A DNA stretch of 64,000 bases from Callorhinchus milii (GCF_018977255.1 NW_024704742.1:139068001-139132000); one strand, 5' to 3'. Counted from the stretch's first letter, positions 25,197-38,401 are shown. Numbers and translations: made by a program. Notes: generated by a model not told the origin, from the sequence alone.

Positions 25197-25386
25197 CTCT
25201 AAGTTAACAGCCTGATTGAAAGACTCTATTTGTTGAGCTTATTTCAAAGCTGGAACCCCTTGTTCTCCTGATGTGAAACGCGCTATATAAATGTAATATT
25301 GCTATTGTTGGTGCTATATAAAAGTAATGTTTTATAATATTATATTATAATAATAATAATCCTTGCATTTAATATAGTGCCTTATC

Positions 25387-26135
25387 ACATCGCTGAGACG
25401 TCTCAAAGCGCATCACAGAATATACTGTAAAGTGCAGTGACTGTGTATTTTGTAGGGAAAATGTTGTTGTTGTTCTCAAGTTTTCGAAAATTTCCCTGTA
25501 CAATAGAGAAAAATCCTTCAGTGGCCAACCTGTTCTTTGTCTCCTGTATGCTTTCTGTAGCTTTCTCTGCAGGGTTGAATTGCTTAAACAGAGCACATTA
25601 TTATTATTATTATTAAGATCAGAATTACCAAATAAATTGAGCACTTACCACAGGCCCCGGACACCAATCTGTTGCCAGGTTCCATTGCCGGTGTACAATG
25701 ATCAGCTCGTACATCTCATCTTCTTGCAGTGCATTTATTTATCTCCTGTCAGTGATGTACTGGAGTACAGCAGCTTTGCAAAATGCCACGACTCTGACTG
25801 CAAGCTTTCAATAGGAACATAGGAACAGGAGGAGGCCATTTAGCCCCTCCAGCCTGTTCCTTCATTCTATTAGATCATGGCTGATCTTTACCTTAATTCC
25901 AATTACCCCACCCGCCTTGTCCCATATCCCTTGACACCCTGACCTAAAAGATATCTACTCACCTCAGTCTCGAAAATGTGAATGGATCCAGCATCCTTTC
26001 AAGTTCTCAAGTGTTTGATTGTGGGACAAGCACAAGCTCGGAGTCTCAGACATTCCCCGGAATGTGATAAGTGGTCAGACGTGAGCAAAACCTGTGTTTC
26101 AGCAGCTAATGTGTATATCTTTTTGACAGCCAGTA
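25387..26135 (-). repeat. Inverted duplicate of 1-740
   Basis: Reverse-complement match; ORF 25580-25822 mirrors ORF 309-494. Confidence 0.92.
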
Positions 26136-26219
26136 AAGTTATCAATGGCTCAAGCTCAGTCTGGACAGATGTTGCAGTTTGTGCTTCAGCATTCTCTAAT
26201 TTAATTTAATCTAATATAG

Positions 26220-27797
26220 TTCCTCAGGGCTCGGGTTCTGTGCTTGGTCCCCTCCTCTTCAACATCTATATGCTCCCTCTTGGTGACTTGAGGTAAACTC
26301 CCACATGTATGTGGATGACACCCAACTCTCCCTCTCTGCCCCCCCCTTGACTCCAGGACCCACTGCTGTCCTGACAGAATGTCTGTCAGACGTCAAGTCC
26401 TGGATGAGGGCAAACTTTCTACAGTTGAACGTCAACAAGACCGAGGCTCCTGATTGGCTCCCGTCAGCGCCTCCACACCTCAGGCCCTGACAGCATCACC
26501 ATCCCTGGGGCTCACTCCCCCTCACTGCGCCAGTCCCGAACCTTGGGGTCTGGTTTGACCCTCAACTATCCTTCCTACCCCACATCTGCCCCATGACCCG
26601 CTCTGCCTCCCCCACCCCCGCAACATGGCCCGACTCCCCCACTGTCTCACACCACAGCCCCCGAGACCCTCACACACCCCTCATTACAGCCAGACTCCAC
26701 TATGCAAACTCCCTCCTTGTCGGCCCCCAACCCCTCCCTCCACAGACTGCAGATCATCCCGAACTAACTCTGCAGCCCATGTCCTCTCCCCCACCCCATC
26801 ACCCCATCCTCACCCCCACCAGGCTCCCCGACCCCATCACCCCATCCTCACCCCACCAGGCTCCCCACCCCATCACCCCCATCCTCACTCCCACCAGGCT
26901 CCCCGACCCCATCACCCCCATCCTCACCCCCACCAGGCTCCGTGACCCCATCACCCCCATCCTCACCCCCACCAGGCTCCCCCACCCCATCACCCCCATC
27001 CTCACCCCCACCAGGCTCCATGAGCCCATCACCCCCATCCTCACCCCCACCAGGCTCCCCGACCCCATCACCCCCAACCTCACCCCCACCAGGCTCTCCG
27101 ATCCCACCACCCCATCCTCACCCCCACCGGCTCCCCGACCCTATCACCCCATCCTCACCCCACCAGGCTCCGTGACCCCATCAGCCCCATCCTCACCCCC
27201 ACCAGGCTCCCGACCCCATCACCCCCATCCTCACCCCCACCAGGCTCCATGACCCCATCACCCCCATCCTCACCCCCACCAGGCTCCGCGACCCTATCAC
27301 CCCCATCGTCGCCCGACTCCCCTGAGTTCCCATCACACAGAGGATACAGTTCAAGATCCTGGTTCTCACCTTCAAAGCTCCCATGGTCTTGCTTCCTCCT
27401 ACCTCTGCGACCTCCTAACCCCCTGCAATCCTGCTTGCTCCTTGCGCTCCTTGCGCTCATTGCGCTCCGGCCTGCTTCACGTCCCCTGCCTCACTTGCCC
27501 CACTATTGGCAGGCGGGCCTTCTGCCATTCTGCCCCCACCCTCTGGAACTCCATCCCACAGTCTCTCTGTCTCGCCCCCTCCCTCACCCCTCCCTTACCT
27601 CCTTCAAGACCCATCTCAAGACCCTCCGCTTTGACCGTGATTTCGATCGCCCTGCTTTCCATCCTGCCTCCACTCTCCCTGATCCCAACCCCTAGCTGGG
27701 GTCTGAAATTCTTTCTGTCCAGCACCTTGGGATGTCCTCCCAACGTGAAAGGCGCTATACAAATGTAATTTTGTTGTTGTTGTTTTTGCTGTTGTTG
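26220..27797 (+). mobile_element. L2 3' part with a 39-nt internal minisatellite (~26793-27315)
   Basis: MYVDDTQLSLS...WMRANFLQLN; 13-aa PITPILTPTRLPD periodicity; (TTG)n tail. Confidence 0.9.
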
Positions 27798-29116
27798 TAT
27801 ATGGCCTCTCCTCATTCTTCCTCCCAAACTCCATCACTTTGCATTTCTCCCCATTAAACGCCATCTGCCCCGTGTCGGCCCATGTTACCAGTCTGTCTAT
27901 GGCCATTTACAGGCTGCGACTGTCCTCCTCACTGGTTACTACTTTCCCAGCTCAGTATCATCTGCAAACGTGGGAATTGTCCTCCCTCTCCCCAAGCCCA
28001 GGTCATTTATATAGATCACAAACAGCAGTGGCCCCAATACTGGCCCCCGGGGGACACCACTGCACACTTCCCTCCAGTCAGAGAAACAACCGTTCCCCAC
28101 ACTCTCTGCTCTCTGTCTCCCAGTTCTGTATCCGCTGTCACTGTCCCTTTAATACCGGGGCTTCGATTCTGTTTACAAGTCTCTTATGTGGCACTTTGTC
28201 ATATGGACAATCCATATAAACTACATCACCTGCACTCCCTTCATCCGCCCTCTCCATTACTGCATCAAAAAACTCTATCAGGTTTGTTACACACGATTTG
28301 CCTTTAAGAAATCCATGTTGCCTGTCTTTTTTTCTAAGTAAAATTTTTTTATTCTATTTATTTTTCCCAACTATAACCTGAGTATGAAATAAAATGCTTT
28401 TATTTTCTAGCTGCATTTTTCACTGCATTACACAAAATAAATAACGATATACTTAAATAATATATATAATATATAATATAATACCGGGGGAATAATCCCT
28501 TAAAAAAATGTGGTCACTCAATCCATGACTGTTTGTGGGACGCTGCTGTGTGCAATTGGCTGTCACATTTCCCCCACAAAACATATAGTCAATTTACTTT
28601 ACATTGCATTCTGTGAAGTGCTTTGAGACGTCTTGAAGACACGATAAGGCGCTATATCAAATTCAAGGATGATTATTATTATTATTAATATGATAGTCTT
28701 TAGAAGTTTCCCCATGACTGACGTTAGGCACTGGCCGGTAGTTCCTGGGTTTATTCTTCTGTCCTTTTTTGTACGGGGGAGTAACATTTGTAACCCTCCA
28801 GTCCTCCGTTATTTCCGCCCTGACTTCCCTCAGTAACCTGGGATGCCTCCCGTCCAGACCGGGTGACTTATCTCCTTGAGCACCGACAGCCTTTTTAGTC
28901 CCTCCTCTCGGTTTATTCTTATCTTATCCAATTTCTCTCCCATCTCCTCCGATACTGTGGCATTGGCCGCATTCTCTCCTTTTGTGAAGACAGATGCAAA
29001 GTCCTCATTCAGTTCGTCAGCCGTACCCTCTGCCTCTACAAGAAGGTTTCCTCTTTGGTCCCTAATTAGACCCACCCTTCCTTTGACTAACCTTTTATTC
29101 TTTATATGCTTATACA

Positions 29117-30396
29117 TTAGAATCATAGAATCATAGAATGTTACGGCACAGAAGGAGGCCATTCGGCCCATCGAGTCTGTGCGGCTCTTTGACAGAGCAA
29201 CTGACTTTTATTAACCCCACTCACCAGCTTTCTCCCCATAACCTGCAAACCCGTCTTCCCCCGATACCTGTCCAGTTCTCTCTTAAAAGCTGTTATCGAA
29301 TCGGACTTCACTGCCCTTTCGGGCGGATCATTCCAAATCCCAACAACTCGCTGAGTGAAAACATTTCTTCTAACCTCCCCTCTGCTTCTTTTGGTAGATA
29401 TCTTCAGACTGTGACCACGAGTCACAGACACACCTACCAGCGGAAACAGCTTTTCCCTATCTCGCCTGTCGAAACCTTTCATGATCTTGAAGACCTCTAT
29501 CAGGTCCCCGCGTAACCTTCTCTGCTCTAATGGGAAAAGTCCTAACTTCTCCACTGTCCTCATAGCTAAGGTTCCCCATTCCTGGTATCATTCTCGTGAA
29601 TCTCCTCTGCACCCTTTCCAGTGCCTTAATGTCCTTCCTGAGGTAAGGTGCCCAGAACTGGACGCAGTACTCCAGCTGAGGCCTAACCAGTGTTTTGTAC
29701 AGATTAACCATAACCCCTACTCTTATACTCTATGCCCTACTAATAAAGCTCAGTACACCAAATGCCCTTTTTACTGCCCTATCTACCTGCTGCCACCTTC
29801 AATGAATCGCTTACTTGAACGCCCAGATCTCTCTGTACGTTCACCCCCTTAAGATTGAGCTCCAAGTCTATATTGCCTCCTATCATTTTTCCTACCTAAG
29901 TGTATCACCTCACACTTATCCACATTGAAATCCATCTGCCACATGTCAGCCCATTCCACCATTCTGTGTATGTCTGCCTGCAGTTGGTTACAGTCCTCCT
30001 CACTATTTACTACCCTACCTAACTTGGTATCATCTGCAAACTTGGAAATAGTGCTCCCTATGCCCAAGTCCAGATCATTAATATATATTAGAAAGAGCAG
30101 TGGTCCCAATACCGATCCCTGGGGGACACCGCTGCACACCTCCTTCCATTTCGAGAAACACCCATTAACCACCACCCTCTGCTCTGTCACTCAGCCAGTT
30201 CCTAATCCAAACTGCCACTGTCCCCTTAATACTGTGGGCCTCCAGTTTTTTTATTAACCTCTTATGCGGTACTGTGTCAAAAGCCTTTTTAAAATCCATG
30301 TAAATAATGTCCACCGCATTTCCCTCATCAACCCTCGCAGTCACCTCTTCAAAAAATTCTATTAGATTTATTAGGCAAGATTTGCCTTTAACAAAT
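29117..30396 (-). mobile_element. Younger CR1 3' part (RT and tail) nested in the inverted copy
   Basis: [48 protein letters not shown]; (ATTCTATG)n tail at 29117. Confidence 0.92.
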
Positions 30397-30894
30397 CACC
30401 TTAGGGTTCCCTTTTATGTTACCCGCTAATCTTTTCTCATACAGTCTCTTTGCCCCTCTTATTTCCTTTCTCAGTTCTCCTCTGTACTTTCTATATTCTA
30501 TTTGATTATCTTCTATATTTTGAACCTGATTATAATTAACTTTTAATTTTACTGTTTTACTGGATCCCGGGATCCGTTACTGTGAAGCTCTGAGCCGCCG
30601 TCCGGCATGGAGAGCGCTATATAAATCTAAGTTGTTGTTGCTGTTTACCTGCCAATCTTTCTTTCCAGTCGACCTTGGCGAGCTCCCTGTTTAACTCACT
30701 GAAATTAGCCTCTTCCAGTTGAGTATTTCACCTTTGATTGCTCACCTTTCCATAAGTACTCTAAACCTAATGATGTTGTCTCACTGTTGTCCAGACGCTC
30801 TCCTACTGAAACCTGCTCCACTTGCCCCACTTCATACCCCAGAACTAGATCCAGCACTGCTTCCTTCCTCGTTGGGCTGGAAGTATACTGATCC

Positions 30895-32162
30895 AGAAAG
30901 CTTTACAAAAGGGAAGTCACGCTTCACTAATCTTTTAGAGTGTTTTGAAGATGTATCTGCAGGTTAGAGAGGGGGAACCAGTTGGTGTAGTATATTTAGA
31001 TTTTAAAAAGGCATCTGACAAAGTGCCACACAAAAGGCTATTGCACAAGGTTAAGGCCCACGGGATTAATGGGAACATATTAACATGGATTGAAGAGTGG
31101 CCAACGGGTAGAAAACAGAGAGTAGGGATAAACGGGTCATTCTCAAATTGGCAGGAGGTGACTAGAGGAGTGCCACAGGATCAGTGTTTGGGCCTCAGCT
31201 ATTTACAATTTATACCAATGATCCGGACGAGGACATTGAATGTAACGTATCTAAATTTGCGGATGACACGAAACTCGGTGGGAGAGTGAGCTCTGAGGAT
31301 GATGCAAAAAGATTGCAGCGGGATATAGACAGGCGAGGGGAGTGGGCGAGGAGGTGGCAGATGGAATTTAATGTGGGGAAGTTATTCATCCGGGTAGAAA
31401 AAATAGAAAAACAGATTATTTTCTAGAGGGGGAGAGATTAGATAGTGTTAGTGTTCAGAGGGATTTGGGTGTCCGTGTACACCAGTCTCAAAAAGTTAGT
31501 TTGCAGTGCAGCAGCAACTAAGGCGAACGGCAGTTAGCGTTCATTGCCAAAGGTTTAGAGTACAAGAGTCGGGAAGTCTGACTGCAACTGTATAGGGCTT
31601 TGGTGAGACCGCACCGAGAGTATTGTGTGCAGTTTTGATCTCCTTATTTATAAAAGGACACACTTGCCCTCGAGGGGGTGCAGCGTAGATTCACTCGGTT
31701 AGTGCCTGGGATGAGGGGACTGACCTATGAGGAGAGGCTGAATAAACTGGGGCTGTATTCTCCAGAGTACTGAAGAATTAGGGGAGATCTTATTGAAACA
31801 TATAAGATTCCTAAAGGGCTGATAAAGGGTCTGTTTCCCCGGGAGGAGAATCTATAACCAGGGATCACAGTCCGAAAATTAAGGGTCAGCCTTTTAGAAC
31901 AGAGTTGAGGAAACATTTCTTCACTCAGAGAGCAGTGACTTTATGGAATCCACTCCCCCGAAGGCTGTAGATGTCAGTCCTCGAACAGCTTCAAGGCTGA
32001 GACTGACAGACGTTTAAACAACAGAGGCATTAGGGGCTATGGGGAGAGGGCGGGTAATTAGAGTCAGGTCTGAAGATCAGCCGTGATCTTAGCGAATGGC
32101 GGGGCACAGGCTCGAGGGGCTGAATGGCCGACTCCTGCTCCTAATGCTTATGTTCTTATGTT
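30895..32162 (+). mobile_element. CR1 3' part (second subfamily, TTATGTTC tail)
   Basis: [28 protein letters not shown]; 31610-32100 is an inverted match to 57000-57500. Confidence 0.9.
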
Positions 32163-32274
32163 CTCCTGTGCACATTTCAGGAATCCTCCCCCTCCTTGCC
32201 CTTTACACTGTTATGTTGTCAGTCTATGTTAGGATAATTGACATCTCCCATTAGCATTACTCTATTGGTTTTCA

Positions 32275-32821
32275 ATCTTCGAGACATATAAAAGCGCTTC
32301 ACAGAATATACTGTAAAGTGAATTGAATGTATATTTTGTGGGCACAACACGGCAGCCAATTGTGCACAACAGAGTCCCATAAACAGTCGTGGATTGAGTG
32401 ATCAAATTATTATTATTATTATTGTTTTGAAGGGATTATTACCGCAGAATCAACTAACAAGCTGGTTCCTACTGACTGCCAAGTAAACAGAGGTGTATGG
32501 AATAAGGAAACTGGCCAACACTTTGCCCTGTCCGGGAATCGAACCCAGGTCTCTCGCTTGCGAGGCGAGTGCTCTGACTACTGAGAAATCTTGGATTTCC
32601 AAGACTATCATAGAGGATCAACTCAGTAGGGATTATTATTCCCGGATTATCCCTGGAAAATTGATCCTCTAATCGACTAACAACTGGGTTCCTACTTACT
32701 GCTTGGTAAACAGAGACATGTGGAGTAACAAAACTTGCCCAACATTTCGCCGTGCTGGGAGTAGAACCCAGATCTCTTGCTTGTGAGGCGAGTGCTCTTT
32801 CCACTGAGCTACAAGACTCCC
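32275..32821 (-). mobile_element. Two adjacent tRNA/Deu SINEs (long linker)
   Basis: Two reverse-complement heads ending at ~32585 and ~32821. Confidence 0.8.
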
Positions 32822-33769
32822 ATGGTGTTTGGGTTCTTTTGGAAGAGACGCAGCTTTTTAATTGAGATCATTTCTTGTCTCCAGCTGGTGCAGTCATGGC
32901 CTCATTCCGCCTCCTATGGATGACTGCACCCTGCAGTTTTTTTACATCCAGGCCAATCTCTAATCACAGGAGGTGAATGACTGCAGCACCGAACCAGATA
33001 ATGTACAAGCGAAAGGAGGCACAAAAGAGTGGGTGGGACCGAAAACAAAAGTATAAAGAAATGTAAAGGTGCCACTGGGAGAGCTGAAACACAGCCAGTC
33101 AGTCCATCTGTCAAGCAGCAGTGTTGGTTTACATCTGCCCTCAGGCCAGTGCGAGTGGTTGTATTGTTCCTGTGGGATTGTTTCCTCTTCGGATCAATGA
33201 GGAAATGTTGCATTCCCTTGCATCCATGACAGTTTAGCAGGGAAGATAGTCCCATGCTTTTTGGTAAATGATTCAGGCTCTTTTAGGAAGAAAGGAGTTG
33301 TTTTGGTAGCTACTCTTTGCTCTGTCATGTGTGGATTGTGGCTGCTAAGATTGTGGTTGCAAGGGTGAGTCAGGGTGAGTGTGCAGAGCGGTTACATAAC
33401 ATAAGAACATAAAAAATGTGAGCCGTAATAAGACCAAGGTCCATCTAGTTCTCCTTCCACCTTCATGGCGGCCACCTGCACATATGTCCCGAACTCCCTA
33501 TGTACCGTGTCCCATAATGCTATTTCCTAAAAGAAAACTATCTAATCTGTGTTTGAAAGAATCAACACTTCCTGCTTCAACCGTCTCCTTAGGGAGCCTG
33601 TTCCACAGGGTCACTATTCGCTCACTGAAATAGTGTTTGGGTAGATTATTTCTGCATTTACCCCACTTTAATCAAAAAAGGTATTCAGTGCCGGGAGCTG
33701 GGCAAATGCTCTCAGTGATGTTAAATCAGTGTGGGAGATGCTTCAAAGGAATGCTACATCTCCTGGGAC

Positions 33770-34267
33770 CATAACCCCATCATCCCCATCCTCGCCCAAC
33801 TCCACTAACTTCTTTTCACATAGAGGATACAGTTCAAGATCCTGGTCCTCACCTTCAAAGCCCTCCATGGCCTCACTCCCCCCTACCTCTTTGACCTCCT
33901 AACCCCCCTACCAACCTGCCCACTCCCGCTGCTCAGCGGGCTCCAGCCTGTTTCACGTCCCCCCACCTCACCTTCCCCACCATTGGTGGGTGGGCCTTCT
34001 ACACCTCTGTGCCACCACCGTCTGCAACTCCATCCCACAGTCCCTCCGCCTCACCCCCTCCCTCGCCCCCTCCTTTGCCTTCTTCAAGACCCATCTCAAG
34101 ACCCTCCTCTTCAACTGTGCTTTTGATTAGTCTTCTTCCCCCCCCGCCCCCCACCCTCCCAATCCCGACCCCCAGATGGGGTCTGAAACACTGACTGTGT
34201 CCAGAGCCTTGGGATGTCCTCCTGATGTGAAAGACGTTATACAAAATATAATTTTGTTGTTGTTGTT
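33770..34267 (+). mobile_element. L2 3' fragment flanked by a ~90 bp direct repeat
   Basis: RIQFKILVLTFK...(TTG)n tail; flanks at 33679-33768 and 34271-34359. Confidence 0.85.
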
Positions 34268-34944
34268 CCCAGGCATTCAATGCTGGGAGCTGGGCAATGC
34301 TCTCAGTGATGTCAGATCAGCGCGAGAGATGCTTTAAAGGAATGCTACATCTCCTGGGAACAATGGAGCCTTGCTAACCGGCTTTGAAAGGAAATAGTCA
34401 CATAATAGGGCTTGACATTCTGTAAAAATGGGGTGAACTTTATAACTTCCATTTCCCAGTCACTTTATTCTGGCTCCAATATCTGGGGTTAATCTACTGA
34501 AAACTGGAGTTCAAACTGTGCCACCAAACACACTGAAACATCAGCCAGATATGGATAGCCAGTGACAGCAACTTGTTAGCAATGAGAATTAAGAAGGGAA
34601 TGGATCTGGGGGGAGAGGATGGGCTACTTTCTGAGCCAAGCATCCAATAACAACCGGTCTGATTGTCATCATCATCTTCAGAGACTGAATATAGAAGCAG
34701 ATCAACCTGACCTTTAGCAACAAAACATCGAACAGCACCCACTGCTGTTTCTGGCAGCTAACATCACCGACAAAGCACATGTAAAACTTCGACAACAACT
34801 TGTATTTATACAGCTCCCTTCGTGCTGGATGGCATCTTGGAGCATTTCTGTATTCTAGAATCATCCCTAACCAAACCATCTTTGGATGTCAAATGACCAA
34901 CTAGTAGTGGCTATGCTCCTCAGGGGAGGTAAGTGAGACGTCCA

Positions 34945-35300
34945 TGGAACTAAACTGGTTCCAAAGTGACCTCTTTGGAAATGGAATATTGGAATCAAGT
35001 GATCACTTTCTGGCAGTATCGGTATAACAACATCTTGTATTTATATTCAGCCATGTCCTTCACAGGGGGGAGCATCTCAGCTTATCAATGGCAGAATACA
35101 GCACTGAGTCAAGGGTGGTGTCTGTAGGCATGGTCGAAGAGGAAGGTCTGCAGGTACAATCTGGTAGTTTGGTTCTTGAGGCAGGCGGCTTCACAATCAT
35201 CCAGAGCACCAGCGATGTCACATCAGCCAAACTGGCTGGGCAGACTGGTCAGTGGGGTAGGGATTCTTCCCACTCAGCTCCTGCAAGCCAAAAGCTCCAA
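34945..35300 (-). repeat. Unclassified dispersed repeat, diverged minus-strand copy
   Basis: ggaactaaactggttccaaagtgac and ttcccactcagctcctg are reverse complements of blocks in copies 1-3. Confidence 0.55.
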
Positions 35301-35399
35301 TGTGAGGTTGTCACAAGGTTGCATTGGATAAAGAAGGCCCTTTAGCCCATACATTATCATCCTTCCAGAACACCCAGCCCCATCCCCATCGCAACATCA

Positions 35400-35750
35400 A
35401 GCTGCTGTTTAAAGGCATGACTCCGAGCCGGTGGGTTGGGGGTGGGGGAGTGGATGGTGGGGAGGTGACTGGAAGCATGGCCTAAAAGGAAGGCAAGGCG
35501 GGGGATTGAGGGAGAGTGTTCCAGAGTTTGGGGTGCAGTGGCTGAAGGCGTGACCTCTGATGGTGGGGCCGAGGGTGCGAGGGATGAGCAGGAGCCGGGG
35601 CCAGTCGAGCGGAGGCGTCGGGTGGTGATTGGGGAGTGAGGGGGTCAGGGAGGGAGGGAAGGGTTAGAGAGTGAAGGGATTTGAACATGAGCATGAAAGG
35701 ATCTTGAAGTCGATGTGTTTGGTGATGGGGAGCCGGTGGAGGCTGGGCTA
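35400..35750 (-). mobile_element. Older L2 3' fragment
   Basis: MLMFKSLHSL...PKLWNTLPQS. Confidence 0.65.
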
Positions 35751-35939
35751 GAGCTGGTAAAATGTGGGTCCGGAGTTTCTTGCTGTGATGTCAGCCTGGC
35801 TCAGTTGGTAGCATTCTCCAGCACTACATCTGGAGTCCTGTAGCTCAATGGTTAGTGCACTCGCCTCGCTAGTGAGAGACTTGGGTTCAATTCCTGGCCG
35901 GGAGAAACCTTGGGCAAGTTTCCTTACTCCACATGTCTG

Positions 35940-36735
35940 ATAATAGAGTTAAGGAACAAAAAAAGAGCTGTTACGCTGGTAGGGGTATACTATAGACCAC
36001 CAAATAGTGGGAAGGAAATAGATGAGCAGATCTGCAAGCAGATCTCAGACAGACGTAAGGCCAATAGAGTCGTGATAATGGGGGACTTAATTATCCCAAT
36101 ATAGACGGGCAAAACACCAGGGGAAAGGGCAAGGAGGGGGAAAGATTCCTAAAATGCATACAGGACAACTTTGTTGATCAGTACATTTCCAGCCCAACAG
36201 GGAAGGAAGCAGTGCCGGATCTAGTTCTGGGGAATGAAGTAGGATAAGTGGAGGAGCAGGTTTCAGTGGGAGAGCATCTGGGCAATAGTGATCATAACAT
36301 CATTAATAATAATAATAATCGTTGCATTTGATATAGCGCTTTTCACGTCGGGAGGACGTCCCAAAGCGCTTCACAGAACACACTGTAAAGTGAATTGACT
36401 GTATATTTGTGGGCGAACGCGGCAGCCAATTGCGCACAGCAATGTCCCACAAACAGTCGTAGATTGAAAATGACCAATTTATTGTTTTTGGAGGGATTAT
36501 CATTAGGCTCTGTGTGGAGTAAGGAAACTTGCCCGAGGTTTGGCCCTGAACCCCCGAGGATTGAACTCAGGTCTCTCACTTGCAAAGTGAGTGCTCTAAC
36601 CACTGAGCTACAGGACTCCATGAGATTCAAAGTGCATATGGAAAGAGACAAGGAACCATCTAAGGTGAAGATATTCAACTGGAAGAAGGCAAATTTCAGT
36701 GAGTTAAAAAGGGACCTAGCCAAGGTGGACTGGAA
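35940..36735 (+). mobile_element. CR1 endonuclease fragment split by a SINE
   Basis: VTLVGVYYRPPNSG...VVIMGD; SDHNI | RFKVHMERDKEPSKVKIFNWKKANF. Confidence 0.85.
36302..36619 (-). mobile_element. tRNA/Deu SINE, young subfamily
   Basis: Full length; near-identical to the copies at 38078, 43382, 46091, 54508 and 62742. Confidence 0.92.
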
Positions 36736-38040
36736 CAACAACAACAACAAGATTCCATTTATTGAGCGCCTTTCACATCGGGAGGACGTCCCAAGGCGCT
36801 GTACAGTTGGGTCAGGAACCGAGCATTGGGGGAAATGGTTAGGTGAGGGGAGGGAAGGGAGGGGGTGAGGAGGGGAGAAATGGTCAGGGTGAGGGGAGGG
36901 AAGGGAGGGAGCGAGGAGGGGGGAAATGGTCAGGGTGAGGGGAGGGAAGGGAGGGAGCGAAGAGGGGGTAGAGAGTCGAGAGGGGAGCTGAAGGCACAGT
37001 CAAAGAGAAAGGTCTTGAGACCGGCCTTGAAGGAGGAAAGGGAGGAAGCGGCGAAGGCACAGGGGATAGAGTTCCAGAGCCTGGGGGCTGAGAGGCTGAA
37101 GACCCGGCCACCGATGGTAGGGCGGTTGGGGTGGGGGATGAGGAGCAGACCGGAGCCAGAGGAACGGAGGGTACGGGCAGGTAGGTAGGGGGATAGTAGG
37201 TTGGAGAGGTAGGAGGGAGCGAGGCTGGGAATGGCCTTGTAGGTGAGGATGAGGATCTTGAAATCGATCCTCTGGGGGATGGGGAGCCAGTGGAGGCGAG
37301 CGAGGGCGAGGGTGAGGGCGAGGGCGAGGGTGAGGGCGAGGGTGAGGGCGAGGGTGGGAGTGATGTGGTCGCGGTGTCTGGTGCGGGACAGTACACGAGC
37401 TGCAGAGTTCTGAATGACCTGCAGTGTGGAGGGAGGGCCGGGAAGGCCGACGAGGAGAGAGTTCCCATAGTCCAGCCTTGAGGTGATAAAGGCGTGGACC
37501 AGAGTTTCAGCCGCGTGAGGGGTGAGGTAATGCCGTAGTCTGGCGACATTCCGGAGGTGATGGAAGGCGGTGCCAGTTGTGGCGCAGATATGAGGGAGAA
37601 AGGACAGCTCAGGGTCGAACAGAACCCCGAGGTTCCTGATGGCTTTGAGAGGTGGAGAGTGCAGCCTTGGATGCTGATGGTGTCGGCGCCTGAGGTGCGG
37701 AGACGCTGACGTGAGCCAATGAGGAGGGCCTCAGTTTTGCGCACATTGAGCTGAAGAAAGTTGTCTCTCGTCCAGGACTCGATGTCAGACAGACAGCTGT
37801 ATCGAATCGAATGCTGCTGATAGGTCGAGGAGGACGAGGAGGCAGAGGGAGCCCTGGTCACAGATGGTCAGGATGTCATTGGTGACCTTGACCAGGGCAG
37901 TTTCTGTGCTATGGGCAGCACGGAAACCCGACTGAAGGGGTTCGAATAATGAATGGGTGGAGAGGAAAGAGCGCATTTGGGAGGCCACAACTCGTTCCAG
38001 GACCTTGGACAGGAAGGGAAGGTTGGAGATGGGCCGGTAA
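36735..38040 (-). mobile_element. L2 (internally deleted); inverted partner of 38910-40100
   Basis: [21 protein letters not shown]...LLDLSAAFD; (CAA)n tail at 36735. Confidence 0.9.
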
Positions 38041-38077
38041 AACAACTAAAGAGCAGTAGGAAGTCTTCAAGGCTGAG

Positions 38078-38401
38078 ATAATAATAATAATAATAATCTT
38101 TGCATTTGATATAGCGCTCTTCACGTCGGGAGGACGTCCCAAAGAGCTTCACAGAACACACTGTAAAGTGAATTGACTGTATATTTGTGGGCGAACGCGG
38201 CAGCCAATTGCGCACAGCAATGTCCCACAAACAGTCGGGGGTTGAAAATGACCAATTTATTATTGTTTTGTTTTGGAGGATTATTATTAGGCTCTGTGTG
38301 GAATAAGGAAACTTGTCCGAGGTTTCGCCCTCTGCCTGGAATTGAACTCAGGTCTCTCACTTGCAAAGCGAGTGCTCTAACCACTGAGCTACAGGACTCC
38401 A
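38078..38401 (-). mobile_element. tRNA/Deu SINE, young subfamily
   Basis: Full-length reverse-complement copy. Confidence 0.92.

Larger units (their letters stand above)
27797..32270 (-). mobile_element. Inverted near-identical copy of CR1 6215-7930, interrupted by later insertions
   Basis: Collinear reverse matches: 27797-28300 to 7430-7928; 28690-29116 to 6885-7350; 30397-30530 to 6745-6875; 30640-30880 to 6345-6580; 32160-32270 to 6215-6325. ORF 27839-28219 is identical to ORF 7507-7887. Confidence 0.88.
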
